A DNA stretch of 64,000 bases from a virus (IMGVR_UViG_3300014205_000172:160001-224000), one strand, 5' to 3'. Numbered from the stretch's first letter, positions 1 through 9,063 are shown. The notes: generated by a model from the sequence alone, not told the origin. Program-made: numbers and translations.

Positions 1-2
1 GT

Positions 3-410
3 CTGTTTGTTGGTCGGCTCACTGGTGAGTATTCATTGCTCAGCATTGGCGATCCCAATCAAGAAGACGAGTTTGCAAAAAGCCACCCCGGTCGACACCG
101 CTTGGAGATTGACGATGTCGAAGAGTTGATCGATAACTCTTACGTCATGTTCGATTACCTGAAGGCGCTGAAGGTTCTTGTGTGGCTCGAAGATCAAGGT
201 GATAAGGATATCGTCATTCACTGCGAAGCGGGTATCAGCCGTTCTGCAGCAGTGGCAAAGTTCATGGTTGAGCATCTGGGGTATACGCTTAAACCCCATG
301 GTGATCTCAAGACTGACATGGTCGGTTATAACGTGCTGGTCTTCCGTCAATTGCTCATCGCCCAGCTAGACCGAGTAAAGACAAAACTGGTTCAAGTAAA
401 GGAGAAGTAA
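3..410 (+). CDS. Protein tyrosine/dual-specificity phosphatase-like protein (5' truncated by window edge)
   Basis: HCEAGISRS = CX5R P-loop; frame open from position 3. Confidence 0.8.
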   Translation: MFVGRLTGEYSLLSIGDPNQEDEFAKSHPGRHRLEIDDVEELIDNSYVMFDYLKALKVLVWLEDQGDKDIVIHCEAGISRSAAVAKFMVEHLGYTLKPHGDLKTDMVGYNVLVFRQLLIAQLDRVKTKLVQVKEK

Positions 411-634
411 TGTCAGCTCGCGCATGGGGATCGGTTATCCTACTCATCCTCTTTGTTGTATTCGTAACGTTAGTGATGCCCCACTGGATTCATCAGCGGG
501 AAGTCGGCAATACGGTTGTGGCTAGCATGGACAAGTGCGTTGAGTTTGAACGCGTCAAAGGTCACGGTCAAGACCACCTCGATTCCACCTACCGCCTTTG
601 TTGGATGCGTGCTAAGTCAGACGCCTCTAAATAA
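410..634 (+). CDS. Small membrane-anchored hypothetical protein
   Basis: N-terminal TM helix; TAATG coupling to upstream gene. Confidence 0.65.
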   Translation: MSARAWGSVILLILFVVFVTLVMPHWIHQREVGNTVVASMDKCVEFERVKGHGQDHLDSTYRLCWMRAKSDASK

Positions 635-655
635 CCCACGCCCTGGAGAGTCATT

Positions 656-1030
656 ATGCGCAAAAGTGATACAGCTATGTTTGAAAAAGCCCAAGCCGAA
701 CTGGTAAACAAGGATTACGCTGCGGCCATCCTCGCCTTGTATACCTGGTTCTTCAGCAAGGAAGAAACCGTTGCGGGCCGTCTACCTCTGGCTGAAAAGA
801 TTTCCATGCTTGAACACCGCGGTATCGGTCTCAAGCTTCTTGCTGTCTTCAGCAAGAAGCGTAAATACCTGAAGACAGATCTGATGATCTATTTCGCAGA
901 TCGCCGCGAGCCTGGCATTCTGGCTTCTCGTATCTCGCAAACCCTGCAAGATCACCTCACTAAAGATATTGGTGTCGGTATCCGCGACACAGTGGTTAAA
1001 GAGGACGATGAAGAGGACGCTGCGGCATGA
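656..1030 (+). CDS. Hypothetical protein
   Basis: GGAG RBS; operon context. Confidence 0.7.
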   Translation: MRKSDTAMFEKAQAELVNKDYAAAILALYTWFFSKEETVAGRLPLAEKISMLEHRGIGLKLLAVFSKKRKYLKTDLMIYFADRREPGILASRISQTLQDHLTKDIGVGIRDTVVKEDDEEDAAA

Positions 1031-1506
1031 ACGAGAATAAGGACCACCACCAGGTCGTAATGTCGACTGAGCATTACGAATCGCTGATCAATGCTGCACG
1101 CGGTAAGTTGCACGCACTTCCAGCCAAAGAGGTTGCGAAGATTGACCGGCATGTGCGTAAGTTTAACTACTGGCGGCGCATGCAACGTCAGCAGGAGCTT
1201 CTGACTGAAACCGTTGATGTAAAAGAAGCTAAGCAGGCTGTACAAACGTTCCTACAGGAATGGGAAGGTAAACGAGTAGTCTTCGTTATCCGAAACCTTT
1301 ACGAAATCACAAAGGCCTATGTGGTATTGGTCGTCGGTCCATCCCGGCAAGTCAAACGCGGTATCTGTGCACGGATAATCCAGGGTGCGGGTCATCGATG
1401 CGTCCACGCCATCCCAAGTTGTTTCATGTCGATTGGTGACTTCAACGAATACAATCGTAAGAAGTTTGAAAAAGAAGAAGCCGAACGACGGAAGGTACCG
1501 CAATGA
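1027..1506 (+). CDS. Hypothetical protein
   Basis: ATGA overlap with upstream gene. Confidence 0.7.
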   Translation: MNENKDHHQVVMSTEHYESLINAARGKLHALPAKEVAKIDRHVRKFNYWRRMQRQQELLTETVDVKEAKQAVQTFLQEWEGKRVVFVIRNLYEITKAYVVLVVGPSRQVKRGICARIIQGAGHRCVHAIPSCFMSIGDFNEYNRKKFEKEEAERRKVPQ

Positions 1507-1802
1507 TCAACTTCCGCCAGACTGATCTGCCTTTGCATTACGAACCGGTCATTGTCGACCACCGCACCATCGATACCGGCTCCGGTAACACCCCCATCCC
1601 AGCCTTAAAAGTAAAGACTCGCTTCGATGAAGCGATGGCCCACAACGACTACTTGATCTATGGTGTAAGTCACATCTCGCCAGATCACATTCAAGTGGTT
1701 TATCTTAGCCGCGTTAATCACGATAAGGCTAGGGAAGATTTCCTCAGGTCCAACCGCAGTTCTCTCGGTACGATTAACATAGACGCCAGTCGTCGCGATT
1801 AA
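1503..1802 (+). CDS. Hypothetical protein
   Basis: ATGA overlap. Confidence 0.65.
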   Translation: MINFRQTDLPLHYEPVIVDHRTIDTGSGNTPIPALKVKTRFDEAMAHNDYLIYGVSHISPDHIQVVYLSRVNHDKAREDFLRSNRSSLGTINIDASRRD

Positions 1803-1818
1803 TAAAAGGAATAGATCC

Positions 1819-2172
1819 ATGAGCCGTAATAAAGTTCGTAAACAACAAGCCGTTGAACGCCATAACGCACAGTACGTAATGCATCGCCAACTGGAAGAAT
1901 TGAACGCCAGAAGTGGTTTGCTTTTCGACCCTCAGGTTGGCCGCACTCCAGGTAAGTCCAAACCGGTATCGGAGATGCTGGCCGCTCAGACCGCTGAAGA
2001 CCCAGGTCTGGGACGTGGTCAAACTCGGCACATACTGACCGCCGAAGATATGGGCGGTATCGGACCAGATGACGGTGGCTTACGCCGCGGTGAGTTTGCT
2101 GTTGTATCGGCACTCACCCCTGCCGATAAGGCGGTACCGGCCGAAGTATTTGTAGCCACTCAGCCTGAATAA
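1819..2172 (+). CDS. Hypothetical protein with isolated DnaB-like GGLRRGEF motif
   Basis: AAGGA RBS; GGLRRGEFAVVSAL near C-terminus. Confidence 0.7.
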   Translation: MSRNKVRKQQAVERHNAQYVMHRQLEELNARSGLLFDPQVGRTPGKSKPVSEMLAAQTAEDPGLGRGQTRHILTAEDMGGIGPDDGGLRRGEFAVVSALTPADKAVPAEVFVATQPE

Positions 2173-2184
2173 CCACAGGTAATC

Positions 2185-2236
2185 AATAAAGCATAGGTCA
2201 GCCTTTGGGCTGGCTTTATGCTTTATTTTTTATTTT
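2185..2236 (+). terminator. Intrinsic terminator (GCATA...TATGC family)
   Basis: aataaagcata..cagcc-ttt-gggctg..tatgctttatt followed by T-tract. Confidence 0.75.
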
Positions 2237-2272
2237 GTGTTAATGACATGAGCCTTCCAGAGGTATTGTGGG

Positions 2273-2533
2273 ATGGAAACCATACGGGTCAATCGACATC
2301 GTCTATTAGTTGGGGATAGGTTTGTAATACCCAACGACAACGACCGGTTACTCTACGAGGTGCAGGGTAGCCATCCCGATTCTGGACTGCTAATTAGACG
2401 TATTAAACATGGTTGGTACGGCTACATGCACCTGGAATCTGGAGTGGTCATTGGTAGCGAGAAGGACAGTCCTTTAAAGGAGCTTACGACGATACCCTTA
2501 GTGGTCTTGATGAATGAAATGGACCTTGCGTAA
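2273..2533 (+). CDS. Hypothetical protein
   Basis: GAGG RBS; lies between two hairpins. Confidence 0.6.
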   Translation: METIRVNRHRLLVGDRFVIPNDNDRLLYEVQGSHPDSGLLIRRIKHGWYGYMHLESGVVIGSEKDSPLKELTTIPLVVLMNEMDLA

Positions 2534-2534
2534 A

Positions 2535-2570
2535 GCATACAGGCAGGGCATGTGCCCTGCCTGTATGCCG
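2535..2570. terminator. Stem-loop of GCATA...TATGC family
   Basis: gcatacaggcagggca-tg-tgccctgcctgtatgc; arms nearly identical to 5981-6016. Confidence 0.7.
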
Positions 2571-2595
2571 TATGCGTTAGATCGCTGTAAAAGTC

Positions 2596-2610
2596 TACAG
2601 CAATACATCA
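2596..2610 (+). promoter_or_regulatory. Putative early (virion RNAP) promoter
   Basis: TACAGCAATACATCA; recurrent intergenic motif resembling phiKZ early TATATTAC. Confidence 0.6.
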
Positions 2611-2639
2611 TGGTAATAGAGAATACCCTGGAGGTATCT

Positions 2640-2885
2640 ATGGACAGGTCAAATATAGACAGAAAGAAAGAGTGGGCATCCAGCTTTTATTTGGATATAG
2701 AGTTAGGGCGTGAAACTGTTGATGATCATAGTAACTTCATGGGCGACTATAATTTTTCTGACGTGAAAGATGGTTACATCGTCGACGGCGTATATACCGA
2801 TAAGCCCGATTTTGATCTAATTCGTAAGGAGGACGCTGAGTTTGTAAACGAGTGCCACACTTTATTGAATTACACTCGGGAATAG
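2640..2885 (+). CDS. RKK...YTR microprotein paralog 1
   Basis: GGAGG RBS; IDRKK...NYTRE. Confidence 0.7.
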   Translation: MDRSNIDRKKEWASSFYLDIELGRETVDDHSNFMGDYNFSDVKDGYIVDGVYTDKPDFDLIRKEDAEFVNECHTLLNYTRE

Positions 2886-2890
2886 TATCA

Positions 2891-3133
2891 ATGAATACAA
2901 GCATGGATAGAAAGAAATGGACGGCTATTGCCGGGACATACGAAGATGAAACGGGTAGACAAACCCACTCCTCAGAAAGTAACCTAATGGGGGATTATTC
3001 GTTAGTTACCGGCGCCCAGTGGTACTACGTAGGTGGGATTTATACAACCAAACCAGATAATGACGACAGGCGAAGAGAAGACATCGTGTACGTGAAATCC
3101 AATTGTCAACTAAACGACTACACTCGGGAGTAA
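2891..3133 (+). CDS. RKK...YTR microprotein paralog 2
   Basis: MDRKK...DYTRE; aligns end to end with paralog 1. Confidence 0.7.
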   Translation: MNTSMDRKKWTAIAGTYEDETGRQTHSSESNLMGDYSLVTGAQWYYVGGIYTTKPDNDDRRREDIVYVKSNCQLNDYTRE

Positions 3134-3138
3134 TTCCC

Positions 3139-3366
3139 ATGGCGTACGATAACCATAGAAAGAAAGCCATGCCTGGGGATTGGGCACCTCAATTAAGTGA
3201 CGGCGGGATGAGCGTCGACACAATAAGGGACAGTTATTACAATGACGGTAATCGCATAGAAGGCAATGGTCAGCTTGATCCGGATGTCCTAACCGAACCT
3301 AGAGAAATGGACCACATGAGACCATGCGGTACAGAACCGTTTAAGAGGGCTCATCATGGCAGCTGA
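3139..3366 (+). CDS. RKK microprotein paralog 3
   Basis: GGAG RBS; DNHRKKAM, DGG, DPD. Confidence 0.65.
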   Translation: MAYDNHRKKAMPGDWAPQLSDGGMSVDTIRDSYYNDGNRIEGNGQLDPDVLTEPREMDHMRPCGTEPFKRAHHGS

Positions 3367-3583
3367 CGTATACCGTAAAAAGAACTGCCCAGACACAAAT
3401 AGTTGGTTAGGTAATGACCAAGGCGGTGTTAAAAATATACGCATAACGGTTTGTCATATGGACGATGGTAACAGCCGATTAAGTTGTTTCGGCCGCGATC
3501 CGGAAACAATTAGAGTGCCGTATGATAGAAAATCATGCAGATCTATGCATGACTACCCGGTAGATAAAGAACATGTCGATTGA
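3356..3583 (+). CDS. RKK microprotein paralog 4
   Basis: DVYRKK, QGG, DPE, DY near C-terminus. Confidence 0.65.
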   Translation: MAADVYRKKNCPDTNSWLGNDQGGVKNIRITVCHMDDGNSRLSCFGRDPETIRVPYDRKSCRSMHDYPVDKEHVD

Positions 3584-3821
3584 TCAGCATCGTAAGAAAG
3601 CCATGCGGGGACGGAAGCCTGATGATGAGGGTGGTTATGGCACAATACCTGACGGCATTGGATATAATGACCAATGGTCGTTATCGACAGGCCATCCGGC
3701 TGATCGAACAGACCCAGATTTATTTAAGACCTCCTGGATCTTCGATGCTGAAATCGACAGGAAGGTCCAGGCTGGCAGAGCTCCGGGACATGGTGATTGT
3801 TGTGATTACACCCGGCCTTAA
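3573..3821 (+). CDS. RKK...YTR microprotein paralog 5
   Basis: DQHRKKAM, EGG, DPD, DYTRP. Confidence 0.7.
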   Translation: MSIDQHRKKAMRGRKPDDEGGYGTIPDGIGYNDQWSLSTGHPADRTDPDLFKTSWIFDAEIDRKVQAGRAPGHGDCCDYTRP

Positions 3822-3832
3822 TGGAGTTGAAA

Positions 3833-4039
3833 ATGTTGGACATAACCCGTAAGAAATTTGCCGATCCGCGGGTTTCGTCACCAGACGGCGGCAGCGGCGC
3901 GATCGACAACGATAATGCCGTGTGTCCGTCGCGACCATTCCGGACAGAAGGTCACTTCGTCGATGGTGATCAATGTAGGTTTCATAAGGCCATGCTTGCC
4001 GTACACATAGGCGGCTACAAAGATTTTACAAAGTCGTAA
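3833..4039 (+). CDS. RKK microprotein paralog 6
   Basis: GGAG RBS at 3823; DITRKK, DGG, DFTKS. Confidence 0.65.
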   Translation: MLDITRKKFADPRVSSPDGGSGAIDNDNAVCPSRPFRTEGHFVDGDQCRFHKAMLAVHIGGYKDFTKS

Positions 4040-4086
4040 TACCTAACCTTATTTATCGAATTTAAACAAACCCTGTTGGAGTTAAC

Positions 4087-5193
4087 ATGAGTCTCAATTT
4101 CATTCCAGAACCTGTAAGTCAAACCCTGCTCGACAACATCAAGCGTTGGAACGATCAACTTCCATTGCTGCGAGGCGATAACATCTACGATATTTCACGC
4201 CTGTTCTTCTCCAGCAAAGGCTGGGATGCTCAACAGGCGCACCTCACCGCTGACATCGCTCACGGCAAGACTGGTGGTGAGAACGATCGGCATATCCACA
4301 AAGTCGTTCTGGACGGCATCCTCAAACCTCAAGGTCTGCGTTTCATGCGTACCCTGATGGGTCGGCTCATCATCAACGAGGATGAAATCATCGGTGCCTT
4401 CGTCAATCCAAGCACCAGCGCCACTCAGGCCAAGTACGACGTCATCGGCACCGACGCGTTTGTCAACTATTTCCGCAATACTTTCAAAGAGCTGATCGAT
4501 ACAGGCGTTACGCCGCATCTGCGCCGTCTGACGCTGAGCGACAAAGCTATTACGACGACGATCGAAACGATCCCACCTATCGGCGTGATCAAAAACCAAA
4601 CTCTGTTCTACCCGTACTTTGGCCGTACGCCAGCAGAAGTCTGGGCAGCTTTCGCGAAGTCCAGGGCTAACGTCCTCGTTCTGATTGGCCCTCCGGGTAC
4701 CGGTAAGTCTAACTTCATCTTGCAGATGATGGATGCACGCGGCTGGGATGACAAGATCAGCATGATTGACCGTCAGGATGTTCTGCTGAACCCAGGGCTG
4801 TCCGATTACATCCGCAGCTGTCCGGCAGGATCTGTTGTAATCTGTGAAGATGCCGACCGCCTGCTGATGTCCCGCGATCTGGGTAACGACAACATGTCGG
4901 CCGTGCTTAACGCCGCTGAAGGCATTGTAAGTCGTGATGTGAAGATTATCTTCTCCACTAACCTGGAGTCGCTCTCCGGTACCGACGACGCACTTACACG
5001 CCCAGGTCGTTGCTTCGACGTGCTTCGTTTCGAACTTCTGTCGAAAGAACAGGCTTATGCTGTACGTGACATGATGGAGCTGGAGTCTGTGGACATGGAT
5101 GACAAAACCATGACCCTGGCGAAAGCTTTGAACTATCACGAAATGCACCAAGACCGTATCGTCAAGCGTTCGGGTGTCGGCTTCTCTCAGTAA
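4087..5193 (+). CDS. AAA+ family ATPase
   Basis: Walker A GPPGTGKS, Walker B VICEDAD, STN, arginine finger RPGR. Confidence 0.9.
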   Translation: MSLNFIPEPVSQTLLDNIKRWNDQLPLLRGDNIYDISRLFFSSKGWDAQQAHLTADIAHGKTGGENDRHIHKVVLDGILKPQGLRFMRTLMGRLIINEDEIIGAFVNPSTSATQAKYDVIGTDAFVNYFRNTFKELIDTGVTPHLRRLTLSDKAITTTIETIPPIGVIKNQTLFYPYFGRTPAEVWAAFAKSRANVLVLIGPPGTGKSNFILQMMDARGWDDKISMIDRQDVLLNPGLSDYIRSCPAGSVVICEDADRLLMSRDLGNDNMSAVLNAAEGIVSRDVKIIFSTNLESLSGTDDALTRPGRCFDVLRFELLSKEQAYAVRDMMELESVDMDDKTMTLAKALNYHEMHQDRIVKRSGVGFSQ

Positions 5194-5235
5194 CGATACA
5201 TACAGGGCGGGTGTAATCCCGCCCTATTATTTGAG

Positions 5236-5502
5236 GTGTTTATGACAACTCCAGAACTGGAAACGCTTCGTAAATTACTGACTGGTTTGCTTGAAGCCAA
5301 GTGTGTACAGATTGGGGCTGCAAGCGACACACTTGGCCAGGTGTCTAAACTGAGCGGTATTGCACTTACTCAAATCTCAATCCTCTACCTGGGTGACATG
5401 AATAAGCTGTCTATGTCAACCATTGTCGAGATCGGTCGTTTTACAAACACACGGTTGCGCTATACGGTTGTGGCCGAAGCGGAATCACAAGGGCAGAACT
5501 AA
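5236..5502 (+). CDS. Possible XRE-like helix-turn-helix protein
   Basis: LGQVSKLSGIALTQISIL HTH-like pattern. Confidence 0.5.
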   Translation: MFMTTPELETLRKLLTGLLEAKCVQIGAASDTLGQVSKLSGIALTQISILYLGDMNKLSMSTIVEIGRFTNTRLRYTVVAEAESQGQN

Positions 5503-5972
5503 TGTCATTTATCAATAACCAAACTGGCGCGCCTATCCAAGAGACATCAATCTTGCTGGAGGTCGGCGTGCCTACTGGCATCACCGGTCGGACTTACTTG
5601 CTCAACGATAGTCTGCGTAAGGCTATCAGAGCACTCCAGGGTAAGAAGGTGTATATGGAGATGGGCGTTCCAAAGAACGGCGGCCTATCGCGCCCTGACT
5701 GGGCCAGTACTGTAAACAACGAACGCGTCTGTGGCGAGGCAAGCAACATCCGCTTGATCGAAAGTCGCCAATCACCAGGGTTGGCTGTAATCATCGGCGA
5801 TATCAAACCCCACGGCCCGTTCGGCGTAGTAATGCGCGACACCATCACCGGCGCTGATCAGGCGCATAACCACTTCAGCATTCGCGCTGCATGTCAATTA
5901 CCCGATCCGGAGAACGCTGACATTTTGTCGATCAGGCATCTTTATACTTTCGATTTGATTGCCCGTAAGTAA
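5502..5972 (+). CDS. Prohead protease (T4 gp21/phiKZ gp175-like) homolog, probably inactive
   Basis: GRTY, EMGVP (for E-L-x-H-P), ERVC, IKPHGPFG, FSIR, TFD. Confidence 0.6.
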   Translation: MSFINNQTGAPIQETSILLEVGVPTGITGRTYLLNDSLRKAIRALQGKKVYMEMGVPKNGGLSRPDWASTVNNERVCGEASNIRLIESRQSPGLAVIIGDIKPHGPFGVVMRDTITGADQAHNHFSIRAACQLPDPENADILSIRHLYTFDLIARK

Positions 5973-5980
5973 CATTTCTA

Positions 5981-6016
5981 GCATACAGGCAGGGCGTAAA
6001 TGCCCTGCCTGTATGT
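5981..6016. terminator. Stem-loop of GCATA...TATG family
   Basis: Long inverted repeat, same arms as 2535-2570. Confidence 0.7.
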
Positions 6017-6051
6017 CGTAATAGTGACTTGATACCAAAACCCTATCAAGT

Positions 6052-6717
6052 ATGTTTACCGCCTTGGGGGTTATGATGAATAACGTATTTGAATTCCGTA
6101 AACCATTAAGCTCTGAGCCGGATGAAAATAAATACATCGTAGTTGAGGGTTATGGGACTTCATCAGAAGATTTTCTTTTGATGGACCACGCGATGCAAAT
6201 AGACCGGTTAAAGACGAAGTGTTGGCACCAGCGCGGTGCCGGAGAGCCATCTGGTATTCTGATTTACCGCTTGGTTAGTATTCTTGAACGTGTATTGATG
6301 GGTGTGATTCTTAGGCTCGATGAAACTGTCGGTCTTACGGTGGACACTAACGAGGTCGACAAAGATTGCTTCCGAGTCGGCGCTACCATCATGCGGTTGG
6401 ACGATATGCGCGCCGCCACCAAAACGGGTGACGCTTCGAGCGTTAAGGCGTGTGAAATCATCGTGTACTATCTGAACCTATCGGAAGAATCCCAAGATAC
6501 GAAATGGCGGTCAGAAATAACGGGTGTCGATGATCTACCGGCATCCTTTTTCAAGTCTAACAAACTACCTTACCCGAAGGTAGAGACTTTGATCAACAAC
6601 ATCAACCAACTGGTCAGTGAAAATGATGGTTTCGCTAAACTGGCCGGCACCCATTACGTAGCGGCGCTTCCTTTTAGCGGCGCGCGTTGCATAATGATCA
6701 CCTTAGAAGTCAACTAA
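6052..6717 (+). CDS. Hypothetical protein
   Basis: Long ORF; start may be about 6073. Confidence 0.7.
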   Translation: MFTALGVMMNNVFEFRKPLSSEPDENKYIVVEGYGTSSEDFLLMDHAMQIDRLKTKCWHQRGAGEPSGILIYRLVSILERVLMGVILRLDETVGLTVDTNEVDKDCFRVGATIMRLDDMRAATKTGDASSVKACEIIVYYLNLSEESQDTKWRSEITGVDDLPASFFKSNKLPYPKVETLINNINQLVSENDGFAKLAGTHYVAALPFSGARCIMITLEVN

Positions 6718-6730
6718 CCGGAGTATTGTA

Positions 6731-7864
6731 ATGCCCCTGATTATTACCGATAATGACACCAACTACTTGGTGCAGGATATCAACCTCGCTCGTAAGGTTG
6801 AGGCCCTGCCACCCGCTGTTTATAACCTGGTGATGTCCGAAGAAGGCCCTCGGTTGTTTAAAGGCCGTACCAAGTTCGATATTCCAAAAGACCCGCTGGG
6901 TGATCACAACACCATTCGCGATCTGATCATCAGCGACTACAACAGCACAACCTCGCCTGTCGGCGTGATCTTGGTCGGTCTGAAAGGTTCTGGTAAAACC
7001 ATGCTGTCAGAAGATCTCTGCAATCTGGTCATCGACTCCGGCCGCTGCATCCTCAATATCACTACGCCGCTGTCAGGCAGTCTGATCTCCACCATCATCA
7101 ATCTGCTAGGCCCATGCGCCGTAATGTTCGACGAGTTCGGTAAAGTGTATTCCGAAAGCGAAGAACGTAACAGCGTACTGACGTTGTTCAGCGACAGTGA
7201 AAAGCGTAACATCCTGTTCATCGTCACAGCCAACAGCGAACGTGAATTTGTTGACGCCATGCTGAACCGCCCAGGTCGTTTCAAATACCGTATCAACTAC
7301 GACGGTATCAAAGAAGCCACCATCATCGAAGCGTTGGCCAACCCGAAGCACAGCCCTGAACTGGTGGAATACCTTCGCATGTATTCGCAGTACCACGCCA
7401 TCAGCTTCGACATGCTGCTTCTGATGAAGAAGCTGTTGGCCAAGTGCGTAACGCCCGCGGACTTCGTCAACAAGATCGAATTCTACAACCTGCCGGCCAA
7501 AGTCAATGTCCGTTACACCGTTAAGGACGTGACGTACAACAACAGCACCACTGATTATCGCGGATGGTTGGATCAGAGCGAAGAAGGTCTGCTGACCCTG
7601 GAACTGACCGAAAACAAAACTGGTGCCGTGGTCTACAGCCAACCGCTGGTGTGGGCGACGGTTGATAAAGTCAAGCGTGGCATTGTCTGGCAGCTGAAAA
7701 TTGACGAGGGTCTGAAGATCAGCGTCGAACGTGATGTTACTGAGCATGTATTTAAAGTACGTGCTCGCGATGCCACCGGCGGGAACAAACATCACTTCAG
7801 CCATCCGGATGAAGATATCGAGTATAAGAACCCCGGGTATCCGCAATCAGTCAAGCAGTTCTAA
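6731..7864 (+). CDS. AAA+ family ATPase
   Basis: GLKGSGKT, MFDEFGK, TAN, NRPGRF. Confidence 0.9.
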   Translation: MPLIITDNDTNYLVQDINLARKVEALPPAVYNLVMSEEGPRLFKGRTKFDIPKDPLGDHNTIRDLIISDYNSTTSPVGVILVGLKGSGKTMLSEDLCNLVIDSGRCILNITTPLSGSLISTIINLLGPCAVMFDEFGKVYSESEERNSVLTLFSDSEKRNILFIVTANSEREFVDAMLNRPGRFKYRINYDGIKEATIIEALANPKHSPELVEYLRMYSQYHAISFDMLLLMKKLLAKCVTPADFVNKIEFYNLPAKVNVRYTVKDVTYNNSTTDYRGWLDQSEEGLLTLELTENKTGAVVYSQPLVWATVDKVKRGIVWQLKIDEGLKISVERDVTEHVFKVRARDATGGNKHHFSHPDEDIEYKNPGYPQSVKQF

Positions 7865-7875
7865 TCAAAAAAGAA

Positions 7876-7889
7876 GCAGTAATACATCA
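7876..7889 (+). promoter_or_regulatory. Putative early promoter with C-rich leader
   Basis: GCAGTAATACATCA followed by ataaccacccc and TTGGAG RBS. Confidence 0.6.
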
Positions 7890-7927
7890 TTGCTTCGATA
7901 ACCACCCCGTCCTACTTTGGAGTTACC

Positions 7928-8236
7928 ATGACGACTGTTACCATCCAGAAACCTACCGATCTCCTGCAATTCGTCGACAGCATCAAACACGACTTCTTCA
8001 ACGAAGGTCTGCAAACCGGCCTGAAAACCCGCGTAACCTTCTTCGTCGAGGAAGGTCCGGAGTCCGTGATCACCACCATGCTCAACAAGCCGGTCACCGA
8101 CCACGTTCATCACATGAACGCCAACGTAGTTATGGCGCTTGACGAAGCCATCGTCCGCATCCGTGAACAAGACGGCATGCAGTTCGAAGACACCGTCATC
8201 GTCCTGTCCGAAGAGCTGCAAGCTCAAGACGACTAA
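7928..8236 (+). CDS. Hypothetical acidic protein
   Basis: GGAG RBS; strong codon bias. Confidence 0.75.
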   Translation: MTTVTIQKPTDLLQFVDSIKHDFFNEGLQTGLKTRVTFFVEEGPESVITTMLNKPVTDHVHHMNANVVMALDEAIVRIREQDGMQFEDTVIVLSEELQAQDD

Positions 8237-8308
8237 CTGTAGTGCGGCCAGCGGGTTTTTACTCGCTGGCCGTATGCCGCTTCATTCACTCATTGGGAGA
8301 ACCACCCT

Positions 8309-8671
8309 ATGTCCTTTTATCGCTTCGTCGCTAATGTAGGTGCCGCTACTGCCATCTACGCGGTCGGTTACTACATGGGCAAGGTTGCCGCTAAGTCTGA
8401 AGAACCTATCGCTTCAGCGGTGGCGTTTCACCATCTGCAGACTGAAAGCTATCGTGAGCTGCACGATCAGTTCGAAGAACTGCTGAATGAGCCGGAAACT
8501 ATCCTGGGTCAAGTCCAGGAAGAGATCGGTAAAATGAAAGAACTGTTCAAAGCGTATTTGGATGGTATCGATCCGGTTGCCGGTTCGCGCGAACAGCGTG
8601 AAGCTGTCGTTAAAGAACTCAAGAAGTTCACCGCCCAAGTCAATAAGCTGAAGAAGGCTGCCGGAAAATGA
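8309..8671 (+). CDS. Hypothetical protein, N-terminal hydrophobic helix plus coiled coil
   Basis: GGAG RBS. Confidence 0.7.
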   Translation: MSFYRFVANVGAATAIYAVGYYMGKVAAKSEEPIASAVAFHHLQTESYRELHDQFEELLNEPETILGQVQEEIGKMKELFKAYLDGIDPVAGSREQREAVVKELKKFTAQVNKLKKAAGK

Positions 8672-9000
8672 AACCAGTGCTGTTTATTTTAATGATGCTT
8701 GTGTCAGTTATGTCGCAAGCATCGTTGCCTTCTAACATGCACACTGTCACTGAAGATGATTGTGTGAAAAGTGAGGAGGTTATCCAGGGGGCTATCAACG
8801 CCCGTGGCGAAATTGATTACGAAACTGTAATCGTGGTGTTAGGCAGACCTGAATACAAAAAGATGGATGGCCTTACCGACATGCTCCCCATGACTAAGGA
8901 CTATCTGAAAAAGGTATTCTTTGAGAACATGTCTAATACGGACGAGTTCTGGCGCAGCTGCATGCAGAAAGTAGGTACTCAAATACCTCGCCAACTTTGA
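8668..9000 (+). CDS. Secreted hypothetical protein
   Basis: Signal peptide MKPVLFILMMLVSVMSQA; Cys pair. Confidence 0.7.
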   Translation: MKPVLFILMMLVSVMSQASLPSNMHTVTEDDCVKSEEVIQGAINARGEIDYETVIVVLGRPEYKKMDGLTDMLPMTKDYLKKVFFENMSNTDEFWRSCMQKVGTQIPRQL

Positions 9001-9005
9001 CCCAT

Positions 9006-9050
9006 CCGCGGGGGCTTCGGCCTTCGCGGGTCTTTTCTAATTCTTTTTTT
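9006..9050 (+). terminator. Intrinsic terminator
   Basis: ccgcgggggc-ttcg-gccttcgcgg then T-rich tail. Confidence 0.75.
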
Positions 9051-9063
9051 AGGAGTGATTTAA

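Noticed and set aside
2514-2639. N-terminal extension of the 2514-2885 ORF
   Set aside because: Runs through a hairpin and promoter; the GGAGG RBS supports the start at 2640.
4195-5151. 318-aa - strand ORF
   Set aside because: Antisense shadow of the AAA+ ATPase; no motifs or RBS.
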